Shown one piece after another: positions 27,601 through 39,002 of a stretch of DNA of 64,000 nt. Source of the stretch: Trichoplax adhaerens (lineage: Eukaryota > Animalia > Placozoa). The position numbers and the translations under genes were made by a program. The notes beneath the pieces are model-generated. The model saw only the letters and a list, made by a program, of their open reading frames with translations, did not search any database and had not been told where the DNA came from. How positions within the stretch are numbered: position 1 is the stretch's first letter; the number at the start of each line of letters is the position of its first letter. The stretch is from contig NW_002060944.1 in assembly GCF_000150275.1 (NCBI RefSeq), positions 3,910,123 to 3,974,122 on the forward strand. Reading direction: 5' to 3'.

Positions 27601-30316
27601 ACAATACATTGGGTTCATATTACTGTGGATGTATTAAACCCGGATTTACAACAAATTTATTAGGAGAATGCGAAGGTATAATTTTTTAAACTAATTTTAA
27701 TTAGAGAACTCTTGATTGTCTTTACATAGTCAGCAGAATAATATACTAATTTAATAAATCTATAAAAATATTAGTTATGATAATATAAAGCAAATTCGAT
27801 AATAAACGTAACGTATAACTTATAGTAATTCAATTTGATTCCTTAAAAATATATTGGTAGCGATCATTAGTAGAAATTTCACTTTAGTTGCTGCAGTTAT
27901 TTCAGAGGTATTTACTTATTTTATATTATAAAATCTATTTAGACATCTAATTCTTCTTGTACATCAACGGTGCAAGAGAAAAGTTTGTAAGCTATTACCA
28001 TCGATAAATATATGCGTATACAGTAAAGAAATTGCTCATAGATGACATTATTCTTGGGGCTTGAAACAGATCAAAATATTTTAGTTATCCACAGCTTATA
28101 TAATTATGATTTCTACTACTTTTTAAATACTTAAACTACGAACAAGAATAGATTAAAGTTGATAATAGAAATTTTACCTCGTGCATTACCAGATATTAAC
28201 GAATGTGAGCAAAATCCATCTCCGTGTCCTGCTAATTGTCGTAATACCTTGGGATCCTACTTCTGCCTATGCAATAAGCGAGGCTACAGAAGTAACAATC
28301 GAGGAGATTGTGAAGGTAACCAAATAAACATTTAATTTTGCTCTTTAAGTTAAAAAAATGTTATTATGAAGATAAATACACAGTACAGAAGAATTTTAAT
28401 TTTCATTTTTCAGATATCGACGAGTGCTCTCTAGGCATTAGCCGTTGTTCCGGTCGGTGTTATAACTATGATGGAGGATATAAATGCATATGCGATAGAG
28501 GTTATTTACAAGTTACCGGTAATCGTGGGAGCTCATGCATAAAAGAAGGTAATGGATAAAAAATACGACTGCCGCTACGGCATAGAAATTATCATTGAAA
28601 TTTCTGCTTGATTTCAGATGCTGAAAGATGCTATGATAAACAGTGTGGTTACAACAGTTTATGCGTGAAAAGGAACAATATTTCCGTTTGTGCTTGTAAA
28701 AAAGGTTTTAAGCCCTACCGCAATACAGACTCTTGCCTCGGTAAACCCTATGCTATTTAATAATTATAAATGATTTTTCAGGTTATTATAAAAAGGATTA
28801 AGTGGACCAGTTATGCCTTGATCAATGTTATAGTTAACGCATCTATCCAATTTTAGATGATGACGAATGCAGGTTAGAACCCTGCCAGTATCGATGTAAA
28901 GAAACGTTTGGATCGTACAGGTGCTTGTGTCCGCCAGGCTTTACTGTTGATCATCATTTATGCAAAGGTATTCTTGCTTTTGTTTATTTCATATACCTTA
29001 TAAGGCTTTCTATTGATAACTTGAAGAAATAGTAGGGCGGCTATTAAGAAACCTTCTATTTGTCCAGTGTACATGAAATTATAGATTTATGTTTCCATTT
29101 ACTCAATTTATAGATATTGATGAATGTACCTCTCAAAATCATCCGTGTAACAACAGCCATATATGTATCAACACTTTCGGCAGTTATCGTTGTGTACCAG
29201 ATAGAAAGTCTTTATGCAAGCTCCCGTCCTTGTATTCGGCTCAGTAAGTTGCTATTTAATTGAAATTAATGATATATTTGTGAATTGTGACCGAAAAGAT
29301 TTTCTTGACGTTAGGAATAATAACTTCAGTTACACTATGCTATCAATAGAGATATTGACTTTATACTTTACTTTTACCTATTGGTATTATTGTGCTGAAG
29401 TTTCTTTGCAAAAGATAAGCATATTTCTCATTTTTAGTCTTCTTTGCTGCTAACTGCTGTTATAAGGTTTTGTAAAAAAAAAAACGCTCCGCCAGTAGAG
29501 TTTTCAACTGACTCTTTATTATAGTACTGTAATTAAGTATTTATAGTTTTTCAACTTGGCACTTTACGCGCCACTATGCTTTACGATATCACACTTACGA
29601 ATCTAGTACCTATTCTAACTATGAGCTGCTCTTTCAGGGTGTGATTAGTGGTAGTAAGTTCTGATTCTACTTTACACAGCATATTATTACAGTAATATGA
29701 GAACTACAGTTGCATTATTACAGTATTACGAGAATTACAACTACATTATTACAATTTTATGGATACTAACAGAGTCAGTGTTTCTAATATTATCCCAAAT
29801 ACTGTATCTAATAATCACCATAGTCATGCATATTGAATACTCCGTCTACCAACCGTGGAACCTACAGTTACTACACTTCAACTTTATTAGCGTAGCTATC
29901 CAAAAATTAATAAATTTTTCTTCTTTTTTTGCAGTCTTCGAACATGTATCAGGTTTTCTCATACAGCAGGTGTTTCTATTTTACAATCATTTGATTGGAT
30001 TGGATTACCTTTAAATACCCCAGCAAACGTTTCTGTTTTCATAATAAACATGAAAACATTCAATCACTTCTTTGGATCTTGTATCAACTGTACCAATCAA
30101 CTTAGCATTAGATATCGCATTATAGGAGGCAACAATGGCCATTCCTTCTCCTTACGAGGCGGTTCCAATTATAACATGGTTGTCTTTACCGAACGACAAT
30201 TAATAACATCTAACGCTGAATATCCATTACAAATATTAACGAAAGTTAGTCGAGGCTTTACTGAGATGCACTTTTACCACAATTTAACCATCTTTGTTTC
30301 CCAATTTGATTTCTAA
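15691..30316 (+). CDS. Secreted hemicentin/fibulin-6-like matrix protein, short form (about 1,500 aa)
   Basis: Signal-peptide exon 15691-15898; N-terminal exons 17650-18411 and 19283-19522; Ig-like exons 20252-20527, 20640-20897 and 21984-22247 (YTC motifs); TSP1 exon 22443-22631 ([23 protein letters not shown]); G2F-like exons 23209-23477, 23727-23931, 24833-25003 and 25118-25171 ([13 protein letters not shown]); ten EGF exons between 25376 and about 29243 (nine of DxDEC/DxNEC type); fibulin C-terminal exon 29935-30316 ending TIFVSQFDF*. Confidence 0.88.
21239..21514. repeat. Degenerate tandem repeat, 3 copies of about 85-98 bp, inside an intron of the hemicentin-like gene
   Basis: Recurring CCAA(C/T)CTAG(T/C)CAATAT...ATTTCGTC...GATT(T/C)AAT(A/C)GAAA...TATTACGA starting near 21239, 21337 and 21421. 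Confidence 0.8.
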
Positions 30317-31782
30317 ATTTGTTCAATTGCCAAGTAGACTTGACGATATTGCAAATTATTTGTAAAATTGGCGATTAATTTTTAAAAAGCATTTGCTGTT
30401 TTATTAATAGAATTTTCTTTTGAATGTATGTCATGACCGCAAAATTCAGGCTGCTTATTGGTTGTGCCCTGAATGCTAATATTTCATCTTTTAAAATATA
30501 TCCCTTCACACCTCTACTATCTAAAATTGATTGATGTATGCTCATGAATAAGTCGTAATATTCAAACAACTTAAATAGGACTAATTTTCTACTTATTATT
30601 AGATGGTACATTTATATTATGATTTAACGAAATGCTAAAAGATTGTTATGGCTTTAGCTTATCGATAAATATTTTAAGGCATGACAATATCAAATGGCAG
30701 TATTATATTATTATTATTTATCCAAGCCTTAAGGTATTATTTGCACCGATCTATTGTTTTCTTCACATCTTGGGAATATTCACAGTTTCGATGGCATTAA
30801 ATTTATTAATAAGCTGGAGCTTTCTAATAAATTGAAGTAATTACTGAAATAATATCCGCTATACATTGTTGATGTGAGTATATTTATGCATGAAAGATAC
30901 TACATGTAATTTCAACTACTAACATACTGCACTGATCAGCAGGTATTGAACAACATTAATAAGAGAGGACAGGGTAAGGAAGGTGACTACGAAGACAGGG
31001 ACTAAGATATCTTCATAAATTAGAATAAATGTGGACTTGACAATGGTTTCAATTTATAGTTTTCTTTTATTTTCACCTATGCGAATTGTACACCTTGCAT
31101 AATAAGAGTACAGTTATAATACATTAAATCCATAATGTCGCATCTTATAATACCGCACCATATCGATATAGGATATGCTCAATTCCATACAAATTACAGT
31201 ATATATATAATTTACATGTAAACTCCATTTCAGGTAGAACATGATTAATAGCAGATGCTGTGAATTGAAACTATTATGCAAGATGCACGTGATGCTATCG
31301 ATTGTCAACTTGACTATCATTACCAATGCGGTGTGTCAAAGTATCATATCGTACTGTAGTTTTGAATAGGTCTGATTAAAAGTTATTGATATCATTTAAC
31401 ACATGATACCCTGTACAGTAACAATCAAAACATACATGAGTATTGTATATTGTATCTATACTAAGAAAAATTAAATTTGAACATATAACACAATATATTA
31501 CTATTGTGTTGGACAGTTTACGCCTATTTCAATACGTACAAGAATTGATATTCAGTTAACTAGAAGTATGATATTTTGCGAATTTGCTATACCGTATGCC
31601 ACGATATAGAGAAAAATAGAAAATCTATGATCTATATAGCATTGACGCTTACGCTTTAGAAGATGTTCCTAAGTGATGAATGATCTATTTGTTTGATAAG
31701 CTCCTGTTAAAATCATATTGCATGCCTATCGATTTTCACCTTGCCGTTATCATAAAACCTCTTTCATTGCAACATGGCTACA

Positions 31783-33136
31783 TTACGAGTACTCAATTTC
31801 TTGATGGCTGTTTAATAAAAATAACGCAAATTTGTGTGTATTAGTACCCAGTTTGGTAATGCTCTATTCATTAGTCTGTCAGTAGCCAAAGTACTGCCGC
31901 ATCTGGCTTCTACTATGTTGTCATTGATTTTTATTCGATTTTAAGATTATATATTGCATTATTACTGTATTACAATGCAAATAATACTGAAATAATTCTA
32001 CATTGCAAGATTGTAGATATGATTAAAGGATATCACTAATGATATTACTGTATCAGCATTGTAAGTATTAGATTCACTTCGACTACGATAATAATGCAAA
32101 CTAAACTAAACTAAATTAATAATAGTGTGACTCAAGCAGAAAATTAACGATATAGCACTGCTGGTGATATTAATATTATGTATTAATTATCCATACTAGC
32201 TATACACTTACCCACACTTGGTACAAGAATAGAAGACTGTTTGACCTTCATCAGCAGATCTTGTTTGTTGAGTGTAATATGTCATACTGTTGTTGCCACA
32301 TTTTTCGCATTTGCGTTCAATCTGTTGCCAAAAAAGGAAGAATCCCAACATGTTAGTATCCACAAAATGTTGGACTAGTTATTATTCTATTACGAATTAA
32401 AAACATGATGATTGTCAACACACTTTACTAGCTATATCGGGTTAAGACTCTAGGGTCTGAATGCATCATTTCAGAGTCGATCTTGTTTCCTACCGACTAG
32501 GTGCCTATCCGCTATCATGGCTCATAGTGAAACTAATTGAGAGCTCAGTTTTAGTCGAATAAAATCGCTGTATCAGATAAGACTTATTTTTAAATGATTG
32601 CTCAATTGGATAAACATACGTCTAGGATAGCACTTATTTTCAATAAGAGATCGCTCAAATGGATCAGTATACGTATGAGACAGCACTTCTTTTCAAAGAG
32701 AGATAGCTTAACTTGATACGTATACCGTACTATGGGGTGTAACAGCCATTGCTCACTCAAGACCTTCAAAGTTAAAAGAAATGGAAGGATTGTACAGTAA
32801 TAGAGTAAGTGCCATTTGTACCTATGAGTTGTGTCAACGATCAAGTGGATCTCTCCTACTATTCCACTACAATAAAAGATCTGTTTGCATGGTAATTAGC
32901 GCTTTACTTACAATTGGACCTTTAGCATGCTGAGTATCATCCTTGATTTTTTGAACGCCTTTCGAGCGTATCGCATTAAAAGTGATGGTTGATTTTGTTT
33001 CTACACCAAGATAGCTATCAATGCTGATTTGGTTGTTGCAAACAATGCAATTAATAGTTTGAGCGCTGCTTGGGCTGGGCATAATACTACCACAGCGAGG
33101 GCAAAATCCGGTTTCACAAATAAATGCCTGGCTCAT
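31783..33136 (-). CDS. POLR1H: DNA-directed RNA polymerase I subunit RPA12 (ZNRD1)
   Basis: Exons 33136-32912, 32321-32212 and 31807-31783 give MSQAFICETGFCPRCGSIMP...CIVC...GPI|IERKCEKCGNNSMTYYTQQTRSADEGQTVFYSCTKCG|HQEIEYS*. Two zinc ribbons and the TFIIS-like RSADEG motif are present. Confidence 0.95.
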
Positions 33137-33399
33137 ACTCGTATTATTCACTATTCAGGTGTGCAGACAAATCAATGATTGCCGGTCGACATGAATCAAA
33201 GAAAAATTCCAACGCTGTTGCTTAGCAAGCTTACACGAATGATCTTGCAGACTAACGATCGAAATTAGCGATACAGCAGTATAAGAACATTTGAGGATCG
33301 GATTATCGATCGGATGAGAGGAAGTAGCAGCAGTTTTAATGAATGGAAGATGCTGTCTAGCCGAGTTCGCCATAAATTACTTTGCATAGCTAGACTAGC

Positions 33400-34215
33400 G
33401 CTTTATAGTACAGTGCTCGACTACAGTAGTACTGTACACCGTACACTGTACACTGTACAGTACATTACTGTGTACTAGTGTACTGTATTGTAACCCCACT
33501 TGACGTACAGTACTGTACTGACGTCAACGTTTTACGATCTGCATACTGTAGTACAGTGTTCGACTACAGTAGTACTGTACACTGTACACTGTAGTTTTCT
33601 CGACCTTGCTTTGATTTCTACAGTACTGTACAGTACTGTAGTGAGTCAAGACTGTACAGTACAGTACACTGTAATTTTCCTATTCTACGTACAGTACAGT
33701 ACTGTACTGTACAGTACTGTACCGTACTGTGCTGTAGCATTGAATGGTCTTAGGACTGAAGTGTAGCGCCTGTTACAATAGTACTGTATAGACGAAATGA
33801 AATTCTTACCGTGTTTAGTATGTGGCTGTGAGAGTATCCTGTCCAGATTGCCTTTTTCTACTAGTCGTTGAGTTATCCTAAAATGAAAATATTAAGAAAT
33901 GCTTCTTAAATGGACCGATACAGTATGTAAACGTTTCTTGTTTTTATCTCAGTAATATCAAGCTCCATGATCAGCATACAGTACAGTACAGTACAGTACT
34001 GTAGAGCAGAGAGCTCTCTACAGTATTAAGTTAGTTATTTTAGTACTGTACACAAGTTCTGCCATGCTACAGTCTGTGACTACACAGTCTACAGTACTGT
34101 ACTGTAGTGTGCAGTGTACTGTACTGTACACTGTACACTGTACAAGACTGTATACTGACGTATGGACGTGCCGACATCAACCTTTTACGTTCTGTTAACC
34201 GCTAACGTAACGTCC
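33400..34215. promoter_or_regulatory. Putative bidirectional promoter of POLR1H and BUB3, rich in TACAGT/ACTGTA
   Basis: Lies between divergent start codons at 33136 (-) and 34357 (+). Contains dense TACAG/TACTG clusters at 33405-33790 and 33975-34160 and TGACGT(CA) sites near 33500, 33519 and 34156. Confidence 0.6.
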
Positions 34216-34356
34216 TAACGATGGGCAGGGGGGTGCAGACCGAGCACGCTCAGTGGGCCAGTTGAGTATTGTACTGCTGTACATAGTAAACTGTTTGAGC
34301 TGGTTAGGTAGTCTTGACGCAAGTGGCGCTCGATAACCTGCTTGTGATAAAGAGAA

Positions 34357-36579
34357 ATGGAGGGAAATGGAGAATTTCTTTTAAAAGAATCACCGACTGA
34401 TGGGATCTCTTCTTTGACATTCAGTTCAGCGACCGATAGCAATGCTCTGTTAGTATCGTCATGGGACAAAGTAAGTACCATTATCGATATTACATGAACT
34501 ACAGGACTGTGGGATCAGGATGACAGTAGAAACAATAATAATAGAATGATCAAGGTTAGAAGAAAGATTTAGTTTAAAGTCAATGCTATTTCTTCATGCC
34601 TAGAGCGTTCGCTTATATGATGTGGACAGTAATAGCTTACAAGGCATCCATAATGCAAATATGCCTGTCTTGGATTGCTGCTTTTACGATAAATCGCGTG
34701 CATACAGCGGTGGATTGGATTGTAAAGTGATATGGTAATACTAGAGCAGTGAATATCAAATCGAGACGAGAATAACCATAATAACTTGCTTTTTCCTCAT
34801 CTTACCAACTGATTTGCATAGTCTATTGACAATTGTATTTATGTTGGCAGCTACGATTTCAACTCATCGTTTGAAAAAGTGATGGGCAAACATGAAGATG
34901 CTGTCAGATGTGTTGAATACTGCCCTGAAGTCGGTTAGTGATGCTCGTCACTATTCACGTAGATCAATCAATCCAGATTCTATTTTGCAACACTTGATAC
35001 TGTATTGTCCAATAAAATTGCCCATATAGCTTACTTAATGACATAATATCATTTCCTACAAGTTGGTATTACTTCTCTGTAGAATAGCACACTATTTGTG
35101 TTATTAAATGCCTAGCAATCGTACAAGCGATAGACAGGAATCCCAAGATCATGTGTAGCTTAATCTCTTGCGATTGCCCTCTCTAGGAGTGATTATTTCT
35201 GGTAGCTGGGATAAAAATGTTAAGGTATGGGATCCTCGACATCAGCAGCCGGTTATTACAGCTGCTAATCCAGAACGAGTAAGTTACCAAATTATTGCAT
35301 TTCAATTTATGCAATAATTCCAACTTCTTAAGTTAATATATAACAAAAGTATGTAATCTCTATAGGTTTACACAATGTCTTGTGTCGATGAAAAACTAAT
35401 CGTTGGTACGGTAAGTTGATCTTGCTTTGCGTTCGTGGCTTGTCGCTTAACCAACTTACTAAGATACTACAATAGTAGTATGTAAAAACTGAATAAAGTA
35501 GTACAGTAATGAAGAAACTTTGTTTAATCCTTAGGCTGCTCGCAAAGTATTGGTGTGGGATCTAAGAAATATGGTGAGACATTAGCCTAAGTAACTTCAC
35601 GCATAACCAATTGGAACACTGTACAATGTAATAAATTGTACTCTATATCGATAGAACTTTCCTCAACAACGACGAGAATCGAGCTTAAAGTATCAAACAA
35701 GATGTATACGTTGCTTTCCAAATAAGCAAGGTAAATGCCAGTTGAATTCCAATCCTTAGAAAACCGATATACCTCCGTAACGGCTGGACCTATTTTTAAA
35801 CATGGCTACTTTTTATCCTTTCAGGATATGTACTAAGTTCAATAGAAGGACGGGTAGCGGTCGAATACTTCGATCCCAGTCCCGAAATTCAAAAAATGAA
35901 ATATGCCTTCAAATGCCACAGAGTAAAGGATTCTGGAAATGAAATTATTCATCCAGTTAATGCAATATCATTTCATAATGGGTATAGTAAATATGCTTTA
36001 GATTTGCATGATCTATTTTTAGATCGTACTATTAGAATCATTTTTGCTGTAGAATATGGATTGTAGTAGTTACTACTGTATAGAATTATTATTAAAAGAT
36101 ATTATTCTATGCTAGTTATAATACATTTGCAACTGGTGGATCTGACGGTTTCGTAAACATTTGGGATGGATTTAACAAGAAACGATTATGCCAGGTAATA
36201 CAGTATTTGATTAGGCTATTCTTGGTTTTTGTTTGTCCAATATTGAAAGCCATTAAACACTATTGGAATGAACGCGTATATAATAATGCACTGCATCTTT
36301 TAACATGAAATTATTTTTCTCTCAGTTTCATCGATATCCAACTAGTATAGCATCATTATCATTTAATGCCACCGGGACATTATTGGCCATCGCCTCATCA
36401 TACTTATACGAAGAAGATAAAGACGAGTAAGTGTATTTGGGTCATTTTATACCTTTATAATAACTATTGAAATTGTCCTTTAAAGAATGCAATAATATCT
36501 ATTCAAAATTTTTAGGTCCCCTGCTCCAGATTCGATTTATATACGGCGGATATCAGACGCAGAGTGTAAACCAAAATAA
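34357..36579 (+). CDS. BUB3: Mitotic checkpoint protein BUB3
   Basis: Eleven exons: 34357-34470, 34604-34734, 34851-34933, 35187-35278, 35366-35410, 35535-35573, 35655-35730, 35825-35981, about 36115-36193, 36326-36425, about 36516-36579. Translation includes [102 protein letters not shown] and [12 protein letters not shown]. Confidence 0.97.
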
Positions 36580-36777
36580 TGTACTTTATTACAGCAATAG
36601 TCTCAATTGATTCATATGTATGATATAGTCCGATCAATTAGCTGGATGTTTTGGTTCAGGAATGCACTTGGCATCCTAATAAGTTAAAATGTCGAAAGCT
36701 GCTATCTTAGGTTCACTAGTAATTTTTTTCATCTCGTTGCTATAAAAAGGAACATTTCCAGAAACATTTATGCTGTA

Positions 36778-38198
36778 TCACTTTGCATTCAATTCTTCCA
36801 CGTATTTTCGGTAACCATAAGGGTAATGACGCGCACTAAATATAAATATCAACAGTCCGTCAAGTACATTCTAGAGCCTCCAACAAAAAATAGATAGTAC
36901 TTTTTTACCTATAGCCAAATTCCTTGACGTAATCGATAGCGCGACGGCTACGTTTACCGGAACCACAATAGAAAACGATATTTTTATCAGTTTTCTTTGG
37001 TATAGTTGCGCCATACTTTTCACCAAATTCTTTCTCATCAAGTTGAAAAGCTTCTTTCATCTGATCAACTGATCATTTTGAGAAGGGTTTAGTTAGTAAA
37101 CAGCAGTAATTGACGCAAACCTTGCAATATTTCTCATAACAAATAAAGCTTACTTGGTATATTCATAGAGCCCTCAATTTTGCCAATTTCTTGTATTTCT
37201 TTTGGGGTTCTTACGTCAAATAATTTTACTTCATCAATACCTAGTAGCCTTTGCAATTCTTGGGCATTAATTTCCTCAGATACTAGTTCCGTATATTTAC
37301 TAAATCCACCTGGGTAATAGCGAGCGCTGAAAAGAAAGTCAATATTGATTAGGAATTTTTAGTAGGTAGTACAGTAATGCGAGCCGCTGCTGAGTAGTAA
37401 AAAATTGGAAATGAAATGGATGATGCTCCTTGCTATTGTGAAGATATTCCATTTTGATGCAGAAAATTTTAGACTTGAGTTAATGATGCATGACTACGCT
37501 GTAGTATAAAGAGTTCTATCTACAAAAAGAAGTGTATTCCCCTCTAAAAATTGAATTGCAATCAGGGCGAAATGGAAGGCTTAGTAATATAAACCGTTCT
37601 TCAATACTGAAATAACTAGTTCAACAGTCTAAAAAGGGTAGCAAATACACGATCAACATTCCTAAAGATATCATTGATTGCAGGACTCAGAATGAATAGT
37701 AACTTTCTGTATACGTCACATTCAGTATAATAATAATTCTAACTAACCGTTAATAACTACAATTCACTACATCACATACTTGTTGAATCTCATCTCTTTA
37801 ACAACGTTAACTGCACGCAGACTACGTTTTCCAGAGAGACAGTAGAAGACTATAAGAGTATCTTTGCCAGGCAGTGGTACACCATACTTCAACTTAAAGT
37901 CGCTGGGGCTACTTTGGAATGCGGTTCTTACTTCATCGACTATAAAACATAGAATCAGGCTACATTTGAGATTGATGTCATGGACAATTAGGGGGATTGT
38001 AAAAGTTGTTCACGTCATGAAGGGTATGTGGAGGAAAAGTAAGCAATAATAATTTTAAAATAATAACCAACTTGGTACATTAACGGAATCATCAAGGCCT
38101 CCAGATTCTTTTATTTCCTGCGGAGTTCGAACATCAAATAGAACAGCCTTTGCTGCAATCATTGATTTTAGTTCTTCAAAGGTGATTTCGTTATCCAT
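36778..38198 (-). CDS. Tandem double-rhodanese sulfurtransferase (TSTD1/TSTD3/Hsp67B2-like domains)
   Basis: Exons 38198-38072, 37939-37780, 37326-37154, 37068-36909 and 36835-36778. Domain 1: MDNEITFEELK..LFDVRTPQE..SVNVP..VFYCLSGKRS..ARYYPGG. Domain 2: EINAQEL..LFDVRTPKE..GSMNIP..VFYCGSGKRS..ARHYPYG..ELNAK*. Confidence 0.92.
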
Positions 38199-39002
38199 TT
38201 CAACCAATTTCAACTGAAGATGATGATTAAAATGAAAGAGTTATATTATTGAACGGGTTCCATGAATACGAGTACACATATAATAGTGTAAACTGCAAGT
38301 ATTTCTATCCAGCTAGTCACTTTGAATATTGATTGGTTATTTTATAAGCTGATTGAGTTATTCTCTATTCAATTTGAGATACTATTTATTTATTCACAGC
38401 AAAATTCTGAACTCCCTTACGAATAGAACGCGAGTCTTTTTTCAAGATTAGAAGATTAGGCTGCACTAATAATAATGATGTTTGTTTTACCAACGACTGT
38501 AGATTAATAAAGTCAAATAAAGAAATTGCAAGGTACATTAAGATACAACTGTTGCTATATATACTGTAGTAGTAAAGTTAAAGTATAAAATTGGAGATGT
38601 GACTCCGACTTGCGAAAAATTCCAATGCAGTACATTACTGTCATTTGCTGGAATAATGGCGTCCATCCATTTACAGCATCGCTTGAGTGAATCATACAGT
38701 TTGCAAATCGTGTATGCATTCTACAGGAATATTTAATCACGTATAGTGTACAGTGAGTAGCTCCTGTTGTTATATAGATGATAAATCATACTCTAAATTG
38801 GCAAACTCCATCTTAGCATTGAATTACATATTCCATTTGATAACGTGCTGGATGATATCATTATTATTATTATTACAGTATTTTTTTTTGGGGGGGGGGG
38901 GGTTTAATAACAGTCATTCACCAGTAAGTTATTATTAATCCTAATCCTATAGAAATGAATTTGTTAATGGACATTCAGCAGTTGGTTATTACTAGAAATG
39001 AA

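Noticed and set aside
29467-29655. Possible extra exon before the fibulin C-domain exon
   Set aside because: Stop codon in the required frame; the exon ending near 29243 splices in frame directly to 29935.
33155-34481. ORFs 33155-33373, 33500-33766 and 34215-34481
   Set aside because: They are UTR or promoter sequence, low-complexity translations of TACAGT repeats (YSTV), or antisense to BUB3 exon 1.
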